A program made the position numbers and the translations under genes. From the IMG/VR virus record IMGVR_UViG_2660238580_000002: 64,000 nucleotides of DNA; one strand, given 5' to 3'. How positions within the stretch are numbered: the stretch's first letter is position 1; each line of letters starts with the position of its first letter. Positions 46,470 through 56,838 of this stretch are shown here, one piece after another. Under the pieces are notes generated by a model that had not been told where the DNA came from, ran no database searches, and saw nothing but the letters and a program-made list of their open reading frames with translations. This DNA is from a virus (taxonomy: Duplodnaviria > Heunggongvirae > Uroviricota > Caudoviricetes).

Positions 46470-47541
46470 TTGCCAGCGCGCGATCGATAAAACGAAATAT
46501 CAGCTCCAGTTGGGAGCCATACTTATCTTCAAATGCCACTGTATCCGTATGCAGCTCGTTGTGATGCTTTCTGCACAAAGGCAACACAAAGAGATCATGT
46601 GCTTTTGTTCCCATTCCGCCCTGCCCGTGACCAATCAGATGATGCGGATCGTCGGCTGGCATACCGCAGCAAGCACACGGCTGTGTCTTAACCCAACGTG
46701 TGTATTTCTCCTTAACCCAGCGGCGACGTTTAGGCAGCTTCATGAAAGATTCCGGAGACTCTGGATCAACGGTGATGCTTACCACCGTCTTTTCCTGTGG
46801 TGATTTTTGTTGCTGGTGGGCGTAAGGCAACGGTGCAAGATTTTTTGTGCGTTGTTTCAATATGCTGGTGGCGGTCTGCTCTCCCGGTACGATGTCGCTT
46901 TCGCGGTACACCGAGCAGATTTTTTCCGCTGGTAATCCCAGCGAACGACGCGATACAGCCTCAGGTAGTGCATCCACCACCTGATTGCAGACCGCCCACC
47001 AGGATAATTCAGCCAAAGATAATTCCCGCTCCTGCGTACCGCTTATTGCGTGACGGATGACGTCAATCACCCATGCTGTCAGATTTTGTTGAGCAAGCAG
47101 CTCCAGTGATTCCGATGTCTGGTCACGCAGTTGGTTGTCGCAGTGCCAGCACAACACCATTGCGCCGGTACCATAACGGTGAATGACTGTTTCAGTGTGA
47201 TGGTAATCGCCATTAGGCCACTGGCAGGATGTAACATGACGTAATAGCCAGTCGGACAATGCGCCAACGCCGCCAGCAGCACGAATCACCCGTTCGTTAC
47301 TAAAAAACGGCAGCAATGTTTTGTCTTCCGCCAGCGGCTGGCGAACGGCAGGAACGACTCCGGATGGCAGATTACGCATGCTTTTTGGTTCCGGTTCCAC
47401 CAGCACTCGAGGATTATGAAATATCTGTATGGATTCACGGCCCGGCTTAAGGACCACCAGCCCAAGCTCAGGCACCAGAACAGGTCTAAGTAATACCCGC
47501 ACGTTACCTCCAGATCCGTTGCTGGAAAGTGCGGGACGCAC
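46453..47541 (-). CDS. ydfU: DUF968/HNH-motif prophage protein
   Basis: 362-aa ORF; C-terminal CACCGMPADDPHHLIGHG...CRKHHNELH HNH-like motif. Confidence 0.6.
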   Translation of the reverse strand: MRPALSSNGSGGNVRVLLRPVLVPELGLVVLKPGRESIQIFHNPRVLVEPEPKSMRNLPSGVVPAVRQPLAEDKTLLPFFSNERVIRAAGGVGALSDWLLRHVTSCQWPNGDYHHTETVIHRYGTGAMVLCWHCDNQLRDQTSESLELLAQQNLTAWVIDVIRHAISGTQERELSLAELSWWAVCNQVVDALPEAVSRRSLGLPAEKICSVYRESDIVPGEQTATSILKQRTKNLAPLPYAHQQQKSPQEKTVVSITVDPESPESFMKLPKRRRWVKEKYTRWVKTQPCACCGMPADDPHHLIGHGQGGMGTKAHDLFVLPLCRKHHNELHTDTVAFEDKYGSQLELIFRFIDRALAIGVLA

Positions 47542-47782
47542 GTGGTGGGCGTTCGGAATAAGGCAGCCTGACAGAGATTATCCAGTGCCGATAGTCGAGA
47601 CTGAGAGCTTTCTTAACCTCGAACCCGCGCCTGCGGTAAGAATGAATCAGCCATTCGGCCTGTTCTGCAGTGCATGGAGGGTGCTGGAACCATTCAGACT
47701 TGAATGCGTGAGAATACCGCCCGTGCGTGCAGGCAAGAACGGGCGAATTATCAGAATTGTAATATTTTGCGTTGCGTGCCAT
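47504..47782 (-). CDS. hypothetical protein
   Basis: 92-aa ORF upstream of ydfU; overlaps its predicted start. Confidence 0.3.
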   Translation of the reverse strand: MARNAKYYNSDNSPVLACTHGRYSHAFKSEWFQHPPCTAEQAEWLIHSYRRRGFEVKKALSLDYRHWIISVRLPYSERPPRASRTFQQRIWR

Positions 47783-47848
47783 CGGTTTTCTCCGGTGGCA
47801 CGGTGTTACTCAGCGGGAGTTCAGCCCCGCGCAAGATTGTAGATGAGT

Positions 47849-48100
47849 TTATTCTCCTGAAAAAGCAGAAAAGCCAGCTTTTATTCCGATCTCTTTCAAT
47901 GCCTGTAATGAAGTGACAAACTCACCTTCGCGCAAGATAAATCCGTCCGTGACCCGAGCATCCACAAAATTAATTAACGCAGCCCCATTCTTTCGCAAAC
48001 ACATAATGCGGTAATGACTAACAAGATTTCCATTTTCAACGCACACAGCATAGAGGCCATCTTCACAAAAAATTTTACGCAGTTCTTCGATGTTCATCAT
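47849..48100 (-). CDS. rem: prophage protein Rem
   Basis: 83 aa MMNIEELRKIFCEDGLYAVCVENGNL; matches K-12 Rem from recollection. Confidence 0.7.
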   Translation of the reverse strand: MMNIEELRKIFCEDGLYAVCVENGNLVSHYRIMCLRKNGAALINFVDARVTDGFILREGEFVTSLQALKEIGIKAGFSAFSGE

Positions 48101-48230
48101 CAGAATCCTTCCGGATAATTAGCTCTCCCCTTTAAGGGACCATCCCTCTTATCCCTGCGCGCTACTTAAGTATTTTTGATTCTATTCCGGCACCGTCCAG
48201 AACTTCAAACGCGTTGAAAATAAAAACAAA

Positions 48231-48248
48231 AACCCGCCGAAGCGGGTT
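48231..48248 (-). terminator. rho-independent terminator-like hairpin downstream of hokD
   Basis: AACCCGCCGAAGCGGGTT hairpin followed on minus strand by T-rich run. Confidence 0.5.
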
Positions 48249-48316
48249 AAGTGCGGGTGCGTTGAGGATGCCTGCCACATCAGAGGTGGCGAGGGATTTC
48301 TCCCCCGCCGGGTCTC

Positions 48317-48472
48317 TTACTCCTCAGGTTCGTAAGCTGTGAAGACAGCGACCTCCGTCTGGCCGGTTCGGATTCGTACCTCGCAGAGGTCTTTCCTCGT
48401 TACCAGTGCCGTCACTATGACGGTTAAACAGATGACGATCAGGGCGATTAACATCGCCTTTTGCTGCTTCAT
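48317..48472 (-). CDS. hokD: Hok-family type I toxin (RelF)
   Basis: Hand-translated 51 aa MKQQKAMLIALIVICLTVIVTALVTRKDLCEVRIRTGQTEVAVFTAYEPEE; below ORF-track size cutoff. Confidence 0.9.
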   Translation of the reverse strand: MKQQKAMLIALIVICLTVIVTALVTRKDLCEVRIRTGQTEVAVFTAYEPEE

Positions 48473-48543
48473 AGCCTGCTTCTCCTGTCAACGCAAAGCA
48501 GAAGTGTCACCTTCGGTGCGAAACAGAGATGTCATGCTTTGGT

Positions 48544-48831
48544 TCAGAGAATGCGTTTGACCGCCTCGCTATATACTTCCGAGCGTTCTCTTTTCCCAAC
48601 AGAAATCACGAAAACGACAACTTTCTCGTCTATAACCTGGTATACAAGGCGATAGCCTGAAGACCGGAGCTTAATCTTGTAACAATCAGGCATACCACGG
48701 AGCTTGTTTGCTTCAATCCGGGGTGACTCAAGTACTTCAACCAGCTTCTTTTTCAACTGTTCACGTACCGTCGAGCCCAGCTTTCGCCATTCCTTTAGTG
48801 CCCGCTCGTCAAAATCCAGAAAATACGCCAT
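48544..48831 (-). CDS. relE: RelE mRNA interferase toxin
   Basis: 95 aa MAYFLDFDERALKEWRKLGSTVREQLKKKL. Confidence 0.92.
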   Translation of the reverse strand: MAYFLDFDERALKEWRKLGSTVREQLKKKLVEVLESPRIEANKLRGMPDCYKIKLRSSGYRLVYQVIDEKVVVFVISVGKRERSEVYSEAVKRIL

Positions 48832-49070
48832 CAGAGTTCATCCAGCGTCACACGTACTGGCTTAGGATTACGAAGCCGTTCTTTCACTATCTCCACAAGT
48901 TCAGCATCTTCATCACTCAGGAGTGTCTGTTTGAACGGCAAGCGTTCATTGTCAGCGATATACTCGAGCATGAGACGAAGCGCTTCAGAAGGAGTTACAC
49001 CCATTTTTTCAAGCGCGGCGTAAGAACGCGCTTTAAGTTCATCGTCAATACGCAGGTTAATGCTACCCAT
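48831..49070 (-). CDS. relB: RelB antitoxin
   Basis: 79 aa MGSINLRIDDELKARSYAALEKMGVTPSEALR; overlaps relE start. Confidence 0.92.
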   Translation of the reverse strand: MGSINLRIDDELKARSYAALEKMGVTPSEALRLMLEYIADNERLPFKQTLLSDEDAELVEIVKERLRNPKPVRVTLDEL

Positions 49071-49081
49071 GTCTTACACCT

Positions 49082-49110
49082 CTTGTAATTACAAATGTCA
49101 TTACAAGTAT
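49082..49110 (-). promoter_or_regulatory. relBE operator (relO-like TTGTAAT/ATTACAA inverted repeats)
   Basis: CTTGTAATTACAAATGTCATTACAAGTA directly upstream of relB start. Confidence 0.6.
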
Positions 49111-49400
49111 CGCACTACAACATGCTTAGGGCAAGTCACGAAGGAAGTCAGAAAGTAGTCGTAAGAACGGTGATCACTGTCCGCTTTGTGCCAGGAGCAG
49201 CCATTGCTAAGTCCATCCTGTATTGTGCAGGTCAGCTCGTTTTTAAAGAGTCCGGCCATCATCTTACTGGTACAGACACCATATACTTTGTGACGGTCAG
49301 GCTACATATGCACAACTCAACTTATTCATCTATTTTTTGCTTTAGCATGTCAGTGTTGCTTTCTCGTCGGCGGGTGAGCGGTGACCTGACCTGTCGATAA
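49095..49400 (+). CDS. hypothetical protein (position of ydfV)
   Basis: 101-aa ORF between relB and flxA; composition not strongly protein-like. Confidence 0.3.
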   Translation: MSLQVSHYNMLRASHEGSQKVVVRTVITVRFVPGAAIAKSILYCAGQLVFKESGHHLTGTDTIYFVTVRLHMHNSTYSSIFCFSMSVLLSRRRVSGDLTCR

Positions 49401-49552
49401 AGGAACGTAACACGTTTTATGCAACACCCGCATGCGGCAGAAAATTATTGCCGAACGTTTACCCCTGTCAACAAGCTTTACTTTCTGAGGCGCGCCAGCC
49501 CGCGAGGAAAACAATCTGAACATCAAACAATTAATGACACAAGAAATACGAT

Positions 49553-49578
49553 TAAAGATTTTTTTGTGCATGCCGATA
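49553..49578 (+). promoter_or_regulatory. sigma28 (FliA)-type promoter upstream of flxA
   Basis: TAAA-N15-GCCGATA, about 25 nt upstream of flxA start. Confidence 0.65.
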
Positions 49579-49602
49579 GTGCTTTTTTAAAAGGAGAAAT
49601 CT

Positions 49603-49935
49603 ATGTCTGTCACAATTCAGGGAAATACCTCAACCGTTATTTCAAACAACTCCGCCCCGGAAGGAACATCAGAAATAGCCAAAATCACAAGACAAATTCA
49701 GGTGCTGACTGAAAAGCTTGGGAAAATCTCATCGGAAGAGGGGATGACGACACAGCAGAAAAAAGAAATGGCTGCATTGGTACAGAAGCAAATTGAAAGC
49801 CTCTGGGCTCAACTGGAGCAGTTGTTAAGGCAGCAGGCAGAGAAAAAGAATGAAGACGCGACAGTTCAGCCTGATAAAAAAGAAGAGAAAAAAGACGATA
49901 CAAATACCGCTGGCACCATTGATATTTACGTCTAA
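49603..49935 (+). CDS. flxA: FlxA (FliA-regulated protein)
   Basis: 110 aa MSVTIQGNTSTVISNNSAPEGTSEIAKITRQIQVLTEKL. Confidence 0.85.
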   Translation: MSVTIQGNTSTVISNNSAPEGTSEIAKITRQIQVLTEKLGKISSEEGMTTQQKKEMAALVQKQIESLWAQLEQLLRQQAEKKNEDATVQPDKKEEKKDDTNTAGTIDIYV

Positions 49936-50371
49936 GTGACAGCCGTATTGTGGCCCTCATCGGGCCACTTTTCGCCATCAGCCTTTTCTTTAAAGACATA
50001 TTATCTTTGTATCATTTCTGATAGTTAACATTACAAGATATAAGTAATGGACGCACTCCCAATTAGTCTATTTAAATCGCCACGAGTTTAACTGACAACC
50101 CATGATCAATTATGAATTGCAACTATTTCTGTAGTCACTTTTGTGGGGACAGTCCACAAAACTGCCAACTTCCGCTTCTTGCTCTTAGCGGACATTAGCA
50201 TAGGCTATTTACCATAACGCCTCATTACGCGCACCGCCCAGACTGACTCAGCGCGTTTCTGGCATATCCCCGGTAAAACAAGTAACAAACCACCCGAAAA
50301 TGAACACCAGAAACGCGACTTAAGAATCTACCCTATGAATGGATATGCACTCAACCGAATCGATCTTGGTT

Positions 50372-51685
50372 TCAATCTTTTTTATCGGGATCAGGCTTCT
50401 TTTTAGGTAACTTCGGGGGCTTAACTTGCTGATGACTTTGCGTTCGGCGCGTAAGCCAGGGATGGTCAGCTTTAGGTTTAACATAGTATTTTGAGCGTAA
50501 ATCAATACGGGCATTATCCACTCGTTCATGGACACTCTTTTCATCATCCAGTGGTATAGGCTCCGGGCCATCAACATACTTTTCCCAGCCCAGCGCTTTC
50601 CCGTCATACAGAACGTTAATTTCACCGTCAAAGTTCTCGCATACAGTAACAACCGAATGCCTAAGTCGATATCCCCGGCCCTCACTGCGTACCTGAAACG
50701 CACTGCTTTTGTACTGGAAAGTGAGATTTTTAGACAGAACGCGCTTCGCCTGTAGGCTGAAGATATAACCCAGTTCCTCTTCAGAATGGTGCACATCAAG
50801 ATGAGCATTATCAGTAGTACGAGGCGACGTAGCGAACCGGTTGTTATAGGCTTCAATAAAGGTCGGCAACCATGCATTTGCTGTTTCAATATCACTGATA
50901 TTCTGAAGCCGCATTTCTTTGACCAGCCTGTCCTGTAGTGTCTGATTGGCGCGCTCTACCCGCCCTTTTGCCTGCGGGCTGTTGGCATGGATTGGCTCGA
51001 TGCCCAGTGTCTTTATCGCACGAGTGAACTGGGTCAGCTCACCTTCCCGCTCTGGGTTATTTACCCTGAATATACTGTGTCTATCAGAGTAGAGAGCGAG
51101 CGGTACGCCATGATCATTAAGGTAACCCCGGAGGGTTTCCATGTAAGCCCGGGTTGTTTCAGCAGGCACAAAACGCAACGCCATCAACGCACTGGTGGCA
51201 TCATCAATGAAAACGATCAGTGTACATCTGGGGCCTCGATTTTCAAACCAGTCATGAGGTGAGCCATCAATCTGGATCAGTTCACCGTAAGATGGTCGTC
51301 GCATGCGGCGTTGATATATACGGGCAATTTTACGACGGCGTTCACGCCATAACCCCTCTTCTATCATCCACTTTCTGAGGGTTTCAACGGATAAAGATAA
51401 ACCGTGTATCTCGCGCAATTTTTCGCACGCAAACGTAGGTCCAAAATCAGCGTAACGGCCTTTGAGGAGTGAAATTACTGTTGCTCTGAATTCAGTAGAA
51501 AAGGAATTATTAGGACGCTTTCCACGTCGGTGGGAAACCAGACCAGAAGGCCCTTCATTTCTATACCGTTGCACCAGACGTTTAACCTGCCGAATAGAAA
51601 TGCCAATGCGTGCCGCAGCTTGTTCCTGAATAATCTGAAGTCGGTGGAGTTCCTTATGACTCATCGTAACAGTCTCTTTGATCAT
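50372..51685 (-). CDS. DDE transposase (N-terminal HTH, rve integrase-core domain), IS family unassigned
   Basis: 437 aa; element ends could not be defined from sequence. Confidence 0.7.
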   Translation of the reverse strand: MIKETVTMSHKELHRLQIIQEQAAARIGISIRQVKRLVQRYRNEGPSGLVSHRRGKRPNNSFSTEFRATVISLLKGRYADFGPTFACEKLREIHGLSLSVETLRKWMIEEGLWRERRRKIARIYQRRMRRPSYGELIQIDGSPHDWFENRGPRCTLIVFIDDATSALMALRFVPAETTRAYMETLRGYLNDHGVPLALYSDRHSIFRVNNPEREGELTQFTRAIKTLGIEPIHANSPQAKGRVERANQTLQDRLVKEMRLQNISDIETANAWLPTFIEAYNNRFATSPRTTDNAHLDVHHSEEELGYIFSLQAKRVLSKNLTFQYKSSAFQVRSEGRGYRLRHSVVTVCENFDGEINVLYDGKALGWEKYVDGPEPIPLDDEKSVHERVDNARIDLRSKYYVKPKADHPWLTRRTQSHQQVKPPKLPKKKPDPDKKD

Positions 51686-53238
51686 GAAAAATCCCCCAGA
51701 GAATTGTCTGGGGACATTTTAGAATGGTTCAAAGGGGACATTACAGCTTGGTGTTAACAATAGCCTGCTTCTCCGTGCCTTTCGGCACGTAAGAGGCTAA
51801 CCTACATGTGTCTAGCATGAAATTGGCCTCAGATTAATGTTAAGCGTCTTGCAGGACGCGTAATGTTAACTGGGGCTTTTCTCTATCTGCCGTTGGTGTC
51901 CATGCCCGAGGCAGATAGCCTCAAGCACCCGCAGTCATTCTACTTAACTAAGATTTCCCCGCAAACCGTTTTTGTCCAGCACAGTAAATATCCAACTAAA
52001 CCAATGGAGTTCGCTGTATTTACCGCCAGTATTCAATGCACATGACCGCCATGAACACCCCTAAAAAAAGGGCATTTATATATCCAAATATTAATATCAA
52101 AACATCAACTTTTTCCATATACCTTGCTGTGAAGATGATGGGCATACATGATGCGAACAACCAGAACGCAACAAACAAAAACTGCAATGCGTTTTTCATT
52201 ATTCCTCCTACAATCAATGTGCAATTACATTTAAACACACCTCAATTTGGCCGGACATATAAATATCTAAACCAGAAAAAATCACTTACATAGCGTTACA
52301 AACTCTTTAGTCTAAAGGTTCATCGTAAAACATTCCCCATACTTATCAGTCCGTTCCGCGCCAGGTAGCTCATTGCCTTATCTGGCAACCTGTAATCAGG
52401 TTTCCGCTTTTTCAGTTGGCTGGTCGTTTAACCGACATAGTTAATCCATTAATCTAGTTGCCGGATGTTGGTGGATTTTCGCGTTTTAGTTGTTCATAAA
52501 AGTGCACAGCTTTAACCAGTTCTTCTGATGTAACTGGGACTGGTGAGGCAGTGAATAAGGCCTGAATTTGATAGTTCGGCCTGTCGTTACAATCCTCTTT
52601 TTTCGGTACATATTTCCAGTCACCAGACCACTACTTCCCCTGAAAGTCCGTAACGCCTTTTTTCACGTAGCGATATCGCCATGCCACTGGTTTTGCTTGC
52701 CCCGCCGTTTCATGCCCTTCCTGATAATTAATCTCGCTCATTCATCGCCCCACTCATCACAATATGCTTCGACCGGAGTTTTTCCCGCTTCATAGTCATC
52801 ACGCTAGGATTCGACATCAGCAGCACTTCCACCGCGTAACTCACCATAGTCCATTAATAGTTCATCCCGCTCTTCAAAACTGATGTTATATTTAGCTGAA
52901 CAAAAATCAGCCACTTTGTTCTTCCTCATCGTCTTTTATTTCGTGGTATGAGTAATTGCAGTAGTTAAAGAAAATTTCTTATGCTCCGTCATGAATTTCC
53001 GTAAGCGTAAACTGACCGCCGTATGTAGCCATCAGACGAGAATTGGTAACTTAGACGCCCATCTGATATAGACGGACATCTAAGTATGGAATTACAGGAC
53101 TGGCGAAAAGAACCTCGTAAAAACTATTCGAATGAATTCAAACTTCGTAGACTGGCCCCCTGAATCTCCAGACAACCAATATCACTTAAATAAGTGATAG
53201 TCTTAATACTAGTTTTTAGACTAGTCATTGGAGAGCAG

Positions 53239-53604
53239 ATGATTGATGTCTTAGGACCGGAGAAACGCAGACGGCGTACTACACAGGAAAAGATCGCTAT
53301 TGTTCAGCAGAGTTTTGAACCGGGAATGACGGTCTCCCTTGTTGCCCGGCAACACGGTGTGGCAGCCAGCCAGTTATTTCTCTGGCGCAAGCAATACCAG
53401 GAGGGAAGTCTTACTGCTGTGGCCGCAGGAGAGCAGGTCGTTCCTGCCTCTGAACTTGCTGCTGCCATGAAGCAGATTAAAGAACTCCAGCGCCTGCTCG
53501 GCAAAAAAACGATGGAAAATGAACTCCTTAAAGAAGCCGTTGAATACGGGCGTGCAAAAAAGTGGATAGCGCACGCGCCCTTATTGCCCGGGGATGGGGA
53601 GTAA
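53239..53604 (+). CDS. insC: IS2 InsC (OrfA)
   Basis: [30 protein letters not shown]. Confidence 0.9.
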
Positions 53605-54467
53605 GCTTAGTCAGCCGTTGTCTCCGGGTGTCGCGTGCGCAGTTGCACGTAATTCTCAGACGAACCGATGACTGGAAAGATGGTCGCCGCAGCCGTCACT
53701 CAGATGATACGGATGTGCTTCTCCGTATACACCATGTTATCGGAGAGCTGCCCACGTATGGTTATCGTCGGGTATGGGCGCTGCTTCGCAGACAGGCCGA
53801 ACTTGATGGTATGCCTGCGATCAATGCCAAACGTGTTTACCGGATCATGCGACAGAATGCGCTGTTGCTTGAGCGAAAAACCGCTGTACCGCCATCGAAA
53901 CGGGCACATACTGGCAAAGTGGCCGTGAAAGAAAGCAATCAACGATGGTGCTCTGACGGGTTCGAGTTCCGCTGTGATAACGGAGAAAAACTGCGAGTCA
54001 CGTTCGCGCTGGACTGCTGTGACCGTGAGGCACTGCACTGGGCAGTCACTACGGGCGGCTTCGACAGTGAAACAGTACAGGACGTCATGCTGGGAGCGGT
54101 GGAACGCCGCTTCGGCAACGAGCTTCCGGCGTCTCCAGTAGAGTGGCTGACGGATAATGGTTCATGCTACCGGGCTAATGAAACACGGCAGTTTGCCCGG
54201 ATGTTGGGGCTTGAACCGAAGAACACGGCGGTGCGGAGTCCGGAGAGTAACGGCATAGCAGAGAGCTTCGTGAAAACGATAAAGCGTGACTACATCAGTA
54301 TCATGCCTAAACCAGACGGGTTAACGGCAGCAAAGAACCTTGCAGAGGCGTTCGAGCATTATAACGAATGGCATCCGCATAGTGCACTGGGTTATCGCTC
54401 GCCACGGGAATATCTGCGGCAGCAGGCCAGTAATGGGTTAAGTGATAACAGGTGTCTGGAAATATAG
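53562..54467 (+). CDS. insD: IS2 InsD transposase (OrfB)
   Basis: 301 aa with DDE integrase core; overlaps insC. Confidence 0.9.
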
Positions 54468-54843
54468 GGGCAAATCCACTTCGTATGGTGGAACTGGCAT
54501 CACAACCTGGAGCTTGTGTTGCACAGATTGCACGTGAAAATGGCGTCAATGATAATGTTATTTTCAAATGGCTCAGGCTCTGGCAGAACGAAGGGCGTGT
54601 TTCGCGGCGTCTTCCGGTAACGACCTCTTCTGACACTGGCGTTGAATTATTACCTGTAGAAATAACGCCGGATGAGCAGAAAGAACCTGTGGCGGCCATT
54701 GCGCCGTCTTTATCCACTTCCACTCAGACCAGAGTCAGTGCCAGTTCCTGCAAGGTGGAATTCCGTCACGGTAACATGACGCTGGAAAATCCATCGCCAG
54801 AGCTGCTCACAGTGTTGATCCGTGAACTGACCGGGAGGGGAAG

Positions 54844-55194
54844 ATGATCTCACTCCCATCAGGTACCCGTATCTGGCTCGTTGCCGGCGTTACCGATATG
54901 CGTAAATCCTTCAACGGACTGGGAGAACAGGTACAACATGTGCTGAATGATAATCCCTTCTCCGGTCACCTGTTTATCTTCCGTGGCCGACGGGGTGACA
55001 CCGTCAAAATTCTTTGGGCTGATGCTGATGGTCTGTGCCTGTTCACCAAACGCCTGGAGGAAGGCCAGTTTATCTGGCCTGCGGTACGTGACGGCAAGGT
55101 ATCCATTACCCGCTCGCAACTGGCAATGCTCCTCGATAAGCTGGACTGGCGTCAGCCAAAAACATCCAGCCGTAACTCACTGACAATGTTGTAA
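54844..55194 (+). CDS. IS66-family orf2 (TnpB)
   Basis: 116 aa MISLPSGTRIWLVAGVTDMRKSFNGL. Confidence 0.85.
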   Translation: MISLPSGTRIWLVAGVTDMRKSFNGLGEQVQHVLNDNPFSGHLFIFRGRRGDTVKILWADADGLCLFTKRLEEGQFIWPAVRDGKVSITRSQLAMLLDKLDWRQPKTSSRNSLTML

Positions 55195-55224
55195 AAAACT
55201 CCTGACCGCATTATAAAAACGGTC

Positions 55225-56838
55225 ATGAGTCAGAAATACCTCATTCGCATCGCAGAGCTGGAAAGGTTGCTCTCTGAGCAGGCTGAAGCCCTCCGTCAGA
55301 AAGACCAGCAACTGAGTCTGGTTGAAGAGACGGAAGCCTTCCTGCGCTCTGCACTGACACGTGTCGAAGAAAAGATCGAAGAAGATGAACGGGAAATAGA
55401 ACATCTGCGGGCTCAGATAGAAAAACTGCGCCGGATGCTGTTCGGTACCCGTTCTGAAAAACTGCGTCGTGAAGTTGAACTGGCTGAGGCTCTGCTGAAA
55501 CAACGTGAACAGGACAGCGATCGTTACAGTGGGCGGGAAGACGATCCTCAGGTTCCCCGCCAGTTGCGACAGTCGCGCCATCGTCGTCCGTTACCGGCAC
55601 ACCTTCCCCGTGAAATACACCGCCTGGAGCCAGAAGAAAGCTGTTGCCCGGAGTGTGGCGGTGAGCTGGATTATCTGGGGGAAGTCAGCGCTGAACAGCT
55701 GGAACTGGTGAGCAGTGCCCTGAAAGTGATCCGCACAGAACGGGTAAAAAAAGCCTGTACAAAATGTGACTGTATTGTTGAAGCACCGGCGCCGTCCCGC
55801 CCGGTAGAGCGTGGTATCGCGGGCCCCGGATTACTTGCCCGCGTGTTAACGGGAAAATACTGCGAACATCTGCCACTGTATCGTCAGAGTGAAATCTTTG
55901 CCCGCCAGGGTGTCGAACTGAGCCGGGCCTTACTCTCCAACTGGGTTGACGCGTGCTGCCAGTTAATGACACCGGTGAATGATGCCCTGTACCGTTATGT
56001 AATGAACACCCGCAAGGTTCACACTGATGACACACCGGTAAAGGTACTGGCACCGGGTCAGAAAAAGGCGAAAACAGGGCGTATCTGGACGTATGTCCGG
56101 GATGATCGCAATGTGGGTTCGTCATCTCCTCCAGCGGTCTGGTTCGCGTACTCGCCGAACCGGCAGGGGAAACACCCGGAGCAACACCTCCGCCCCTTCC
56201 GGGGTATCCTGCAGGCGGATGCGTTCACAGGTTACGACAGGTTGTTCAGTGCAGAACGTGAAGGTGGTGCACTGACAGAAGTTGCGTGCTGGGCCCATGC
56301 CCGGCGAAAAATCCACGATGTATACATCAGCAGCAAAAGTGCGACGGCAGAAGAAGCCCTGAAGCGAATCAGTGAACTGTACGCCATCGAGGATGAAATA
56401 CGGGGATTACCGGAGTCAGAGCGTCTTGCCGTCAGGCAGCAGCGAAGCAAAGTGTTACTGACGTCGCTGCATGAATGGATGGTGGAGAAGAATGGTACGC
56501 TGTCGAAAAAATCCAGACTGGGCGAAGCGTTCAGCTATGTACTGAATCAGTGGGATGCCCTCTGTTATTACAGTGATGACGGTCTGGCGGAGGCGGATAA
56601 TAATGCTGCGGAAAGAGCGCTTCGTGCAGTCTGTCTCGGAAAGAAAAACTTTATGTTCTTTGGCAGCGATCACGGCGGCGAGCGTGGAGCACTGTTGTAC
56701 GGGCTGATCGGCACCTGCCGTCTGAACGGTATCGATCCGGAAGCGTATCTGCGCCATATCCTGAGCGTACTGCCGGAATGGCCTTCCAACCGAGTTGATG
56801 AACTCCTGCCATGGAACGTAGTACTCACCAATAAATAA
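55225..56838 (+). CDS. IS66-family transposase (orf3, TnpC)
   Basis: 537 aa with N-terminal coiled coil, Cys motif CPECGG...CTKCDC, DDE domain. Confidence 0.88.
   Translation: MSQKYLIRIAELERLLSEQAEALRQKDQQLSLVEETEAFLRSALTRVEEKIEEDEREIEHLRAQIEKLRRMLFGTRSEKLRREVELAEALLKQREQDSDRYSGREDDPQVPRQLRQSRHRRPLPAHLPREIHRLEPEESCCPECGGELDYLGEVSAEQLELVSSALKVIRTERVKKACTKCDCIVEAPAPSRPVERGIAGPGLLARVLTGKYCEHLPLYRQSEIFARQGVELSRALLSNWVDACCQLMTPVNDALYRYVMNTRKVHTDDTPVKVLAPGQKKAKTGRIWTYVRDDRNVGSSSPPAVWFAYSPNRQGKHPEQHLRPFRGILQADAFTGYDRLFSAEREGGALTEVACWAHARRKIHDVYISSKSATAEEALKRISELYAIEDEIRGLPESERLAVRQQRSKVLLTSLHEWMVEKNGTLSKKSRLGEAFSYVLNQWDALCYYSDDGLAEADNNAAERALRAVCLGKKNFMFFGSDHGGERGALLYGLIGTCRLNGIDPEAYLRHILSVLPEWPSNRVDELLPWNVVLTNK

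Larger units (their letters stand above)
53148..54478 (+). mobile_element. IS2 (1331 bp) inserted inside IS66-family orf1
   Basis: Starts TAGACTGGCCCCCTGAATCTCC, ends GGGGCAAATCCA; 5-bp target duplication CTTCG (53143-53147, 54479-54483). Confidence 0.92.
53086..54847 (+). pseudogene. IS66-family orf1 (tnpA) interrupted by IS2 after about 20 codons
   Basis: [21 protein letters not shown] before IS2 continues in frame with MVELASQPGACVAQIARENG after IS2 once one TSD copy is removed. Confidence 0.7.
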
